NCBI GenBank assembly: GCA_002104905.1
Contig: MCFE01000036.1
Coordinates: 124,001-188,000, forward strand
DNA: 64,000 nt
Direction of reading: 5' to 3'
Source: Basidiobolus meristosporus CBS 931.73
Lineage: Eukaryota > Fungi > Basidiobolomycota
In this document: piece after piece, positions 60,473-64,000 of the stretch
How positions within the stretch are numbered: position 1 is the stretch's first letter
Layout of the letters: each line of letters begins with the position of its first letter
Translations under genes and position numbers: made by a program
Notes under the pieces: model-generated
Database searches by the model: none
The model's input: only the letters and a program-made list of their open reading frames with translations
What the model was told of the DNA's origin: nothing

Positions 60473-61185
60473 ATGGTTTTTCCCAACGCTATTAGAATTA
60501 TCAAGAACACAGCTCGTGGAAACTCTATCGGCAGCGTCTCCCTATATAACGTTGCCTATTTCCATCACCGACCAGCTGTCTATGCTAAGGATGGCCTCTT
60601 TGGCTTCTTCAAAAAGGACTCAGCTGACGCCCAAGTGACCGAAACTACGGAAGCTCAAGTAGAGTCTACCGTTGAAGAGTCGACCGAAGCTCCTGCTCAA
60701 AAAAGGAGGTATGGGCAGTCTCACACGTAAACTTGGCTAAATTTATCTATTCACAACTCTCGGCCTTATCAGAAAAGCGCCACTTACCCCCGAAGAACTT
60801 GAGAACACCATCAAAGACATTGTAAAGGAGTATACTCAGACTGATGATTCCAAATGGCGCCAGGTCAAATTCGACGACAAGAAGGTTAAGTACCAGGTAA
60901 GAGCCACACATATATGGTACACACGTCTATATAAGCATGAGCGTTAAGCTTTTTACATAGATTCTTCAAGAATGCATGCTCAAGTGCCAACGTGAAATCC
61001 CCAATGCCAGTCTAAACAACATGCAAAATATTCAAGATTTGTTACACTTCTACTTGCAAGAGGAAACACCATTTAAGTCGGTACATCCTGTTGCCGAATG
61101 GTTCCAGAAGAACAAGGCTCAGTTCCCACCAAATATGCACTTTGTCAAATATGATAAAAGAACGAAGAAGGCACACAATCACTAA
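60473..61185 (+). CDS. Mitochondrial ribosomal protein mL50-like (3 exons)
   Basis: Basic presequence; W..VKFDD..VKY.IL......REIPNA.L.....I.D...FY resembles the Ribosomal_L50 family. Confidence 0.65.
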
Positions 61186-61677
61186 TTGGAATACAGCATT
61201 CTCCGTCACTTCCAATACACAAACTTTCATATTTAGGCTTCACTATTTTCTTCAATAAACCTCTCGTCATTGCATCACAAACAACCTCTCTTCCTAGACT
61301 GCACTCTTGTCTCGATATTTGAAGAGTACCCCAACCCCGCCATACGCTGCCGGTATCGGAGGAATGATCTATAAACTAATGCTAATGCCTTCGGTAACAT
61401 CCAAAAGAGATATTCTGGAATGGATTATTATCATTTACTCTGTGGCGAATGTCGAATTCATGGATGAAAAAGTTTTAGTAGAAAAACAAGTGCAGTCAAG
61501 AAAAAAAAAGGGCCTGAGATGGAAAATCATGACAGCAGCAGTGAAGCATATACACAAATTATCGATTCTGCGTATTTTTTCTTTTCGACCACTCCTACAG
61601 GCCAAAGCACACGCTTTCTAACTCAGTACAGGCGTGTACGATAATTTAATTCCACTTTGGATTATTGAAAGTTGAAT

Positions 61678-64000
61678 ATGAAGGAACACGTCGTGGAGAG
61701 TGCACCCAAGAGAATGTAATCCCCCTTTACTAAGTCATCAAGCTAGTGTCTGGTTGAGTCAGCCAATAACCATTGATTTTATGAAATTAGTAAGCACATC
61801 CAATTCGGAGTGCTCTCTCCTCAACAAATGATGAAGCTTGCCGAGTTTGAAGTTACTCAGCGTGATCTTTACAACATCCCTGATCGCACTACTGTCAAAC
61901 ATGGTGTTCTAGATATGAGACTGGTAAGCCAATTCTTACCTAGTAGGCTGAATCTGAATCTACCTGCCTACCAATACTCACAAATTCGCTTCACTTGGTA
62001 GGGTACGTCAGATAAGACTGCACTTTGCGAAACTTGTGGCTTGAAAATGGCTGATTGTGTGGGTCATTACGGTTATGTCAAGCTTTGCCTCCCCGTATTT
62101 CATATCGGCTACTTTAGATCAATCATTACCATCCTACAGAATATCTGCAAAGTACGTATACTGCATCAGCTATAGCAGAATATTAATCCAGAGAATAACC
62201 GCTCTATAGACTTGTAGTAGGGTCTTACTCGAAGAGGGAGATAGGCGTATTTATCTGAAGAGACTTCGTGCTCCTCGCTTAGAGAATTTACAAAGGCGTA
62301 ACATTGTTAAAGCAGTAAACGATAAGTGTAAAAAGGTCGTTTATTGCACTTATTGCGGTGCTACAAATGGTAAAGATGGATTATTCTCGAATTCAGCGAA
62401 CCTGTTCTAACTGAACTTCTAACCACAGGTGTTGTAAAGAAGGTTGGTCCGTTGAAGATCACTCACGAAAAGTTCCGTGCGAAGAGAACTGCCTCAGAGC
62501 AAGAAGCTTTCAAGCAAACCTTTGAGAATGCAATTGCATTTACACCGGAGTTGAAGGCACATGTTGGAAAGGCCCAAGAAGATATGAACCCCTTGCGTGT
62601 GTTCCAACTTTTTGAAAAGATAACTTCAGAGGTATTTTATACCGATACTTCGCAATGTAATTTTTAAGTACTTACTTTGGTGCTCGACAGGATTGTGAAC
62701 TGCTTGGCTTAGATCCGGAAGAAGGAAGACCTGAGTCTTACCTTTGGAGGGCACTTCCTGTTCCTCCTGTTTGTATTAGACCTTCTGTTGCTCAAGACGG
62801 GGCAAGCACTGAGGATGATTTGACAGTCAAATTGACAGAAATCATCTTTACTAATGCCCTTATCAAAGCTGGGTTGGAGAAAGGCGGCTCTATCATGAAC
62901 CTGATGGAACAATGGGAATTCTTGCAACTTTCTGTCGGCATGTACATCAACAGTGACATTCCAGGTCTGGCTAACAATATGGGCGGAAAGCCTATTCGTG
63001 GCTTCTGCCAAAGACTGAAGGGTAAACAAGGTCGTTTCCGTGGAAATTTGTCCGGAAAGCGTGTCGATTTCTCCAGTAGAACAGTCATTTCCCCGGATCC
63101 TAATTTGCGAATTGACCAGGTACGCATTTATCTACACTTTAGCCAAAACCTTTCACGATACTTATTAAGCGTATGCTTAGGTTGCGGTGCCAGAGTATGT
63201 CGCCAAAGTACTCACCTTCCCTGAGCGTGTCTTCGAACATAACATTGAGCGCCTCCGCAAAAACGTTCTCAATGGTCCAGATGTTCATCCTGGTGCCAAC
63301 TTCATTGTACAAGGAAACGGTTTCAAGAAATACCTAAAATACGCCAATAGGGAGCAGATCGCGGCTGACCTTCGAATCGGTGATGTCGTCGAGAGACATC
63401 TGTCCGACGGAGATGTTGCTTTGTTCAATCGTCAACCATCACTTCATAAGCTCAGTATCATGGCGCATTATGTAAGGTTCTCTCGAATAGTCACCATTTT
63501 GAGTCAGTTGCTAAGCAGTTGTCATCTATAGGTTACTGTAAAGCCCTGGCGTACTTTCCGTTTCAATGAGTGCGTTTGTAGTCCTTATAATGCTGATTTC
63601 GATGGTGATGAAATGAATTTGCATGTGCCCCAGACAGAAGAAGCTAGAATGGAAGCCATTGAACTTATGGGAGTAAGGATGCATTTCTTACAATGCGAAT
63701 ATACTTATTCGCTGTTATGTAGTTATTTGTATTGACTTTTCCTCTCTATCTAGGTCAAGAACAACTTGGTAACTCCTCGTAACGGTGAACCACTGATTGC
63801 CGCCACTCAGGATTTTATCACTGCATCTTATCTACTCTCTAGCAAAGATCGTTTTTATAACAGAAGCCAGTTCGTTCAGATCTGCTCATATATGCAGGAC
63901 GCAAACATTCATATAGATATCCCACCACCAGCCATCCGTAAACCTGTCATGCTTTGGACCGGAAAGCAAATCTTCAACGTCTTGATGAGACCAAACAAGC
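61678..64000 (+). CDS. RPC1: RNA polymerase III largest subunit, 5' part (runs off the window)
   Basis: Start [13 protein letters not shown]; C..GHYG...L; [31 protein letters not shown]; [12 protein letters not shown]; catalytic [13 protein letters not shown]; [12 protein letters not shown]. Confidence 0.96.

Overview
Eukaryotic fungal genomic DNA with short spliceosomal introns, most likely from an early-diverging fungus (a Basidiobolus/Zoopagomycota-like source is my guess, not proven). The window has two sharply different halves. Bases 1 to ~23.8 kb are an AT-rich, strongly CpG-depleted block of nested, decayed transposons: Ty3/Gypsy pol and gag remnants, two Ty1/copia copies lying tail-to-tail, solo LTRs with recoverable target-site duplications, a CACTA/EnSpm-like transposase relic, a 732-bp foldback element and an unclassified repeat family. 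Bases ~24.3-64 kb are a compact, CpG-normal gene block: an intronless bacterial-type SDR, an UNC-93-like MFS protein, ELF1, TDP1, RAC1, RPL21, RPS9, small SPT subunit, a C12orf4/FERRY3-like gene, STE50, PRP4, an LRG1-like RhoGAP, ATP1, an NVJ2-like SMP protein, YCG1, TAZ1, an SDS3-like gene, an ABHD11-like hydrolase, mL50 and the 5' part of RPC1. Best leads: (1) a canonical U12-type AT-AC intron needed to keep the SDS3-like gene in frame, plus a second U12-like GT-AG intron, implying a working minor spliceosome; (2) a candidate poison exon in RPS9 intron 1; (3) a possible horizontally acquired SDR at the transposon boundary; (4) CpG-specific decay between paired repeat copies; (5) copia elements with a half-tRNA(iMet)-type primer site. 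Gene names come from motif recognition by eye and no database search was run. Gene spans include introns, and transposon boundaries are approximate unless a TSD is stated.
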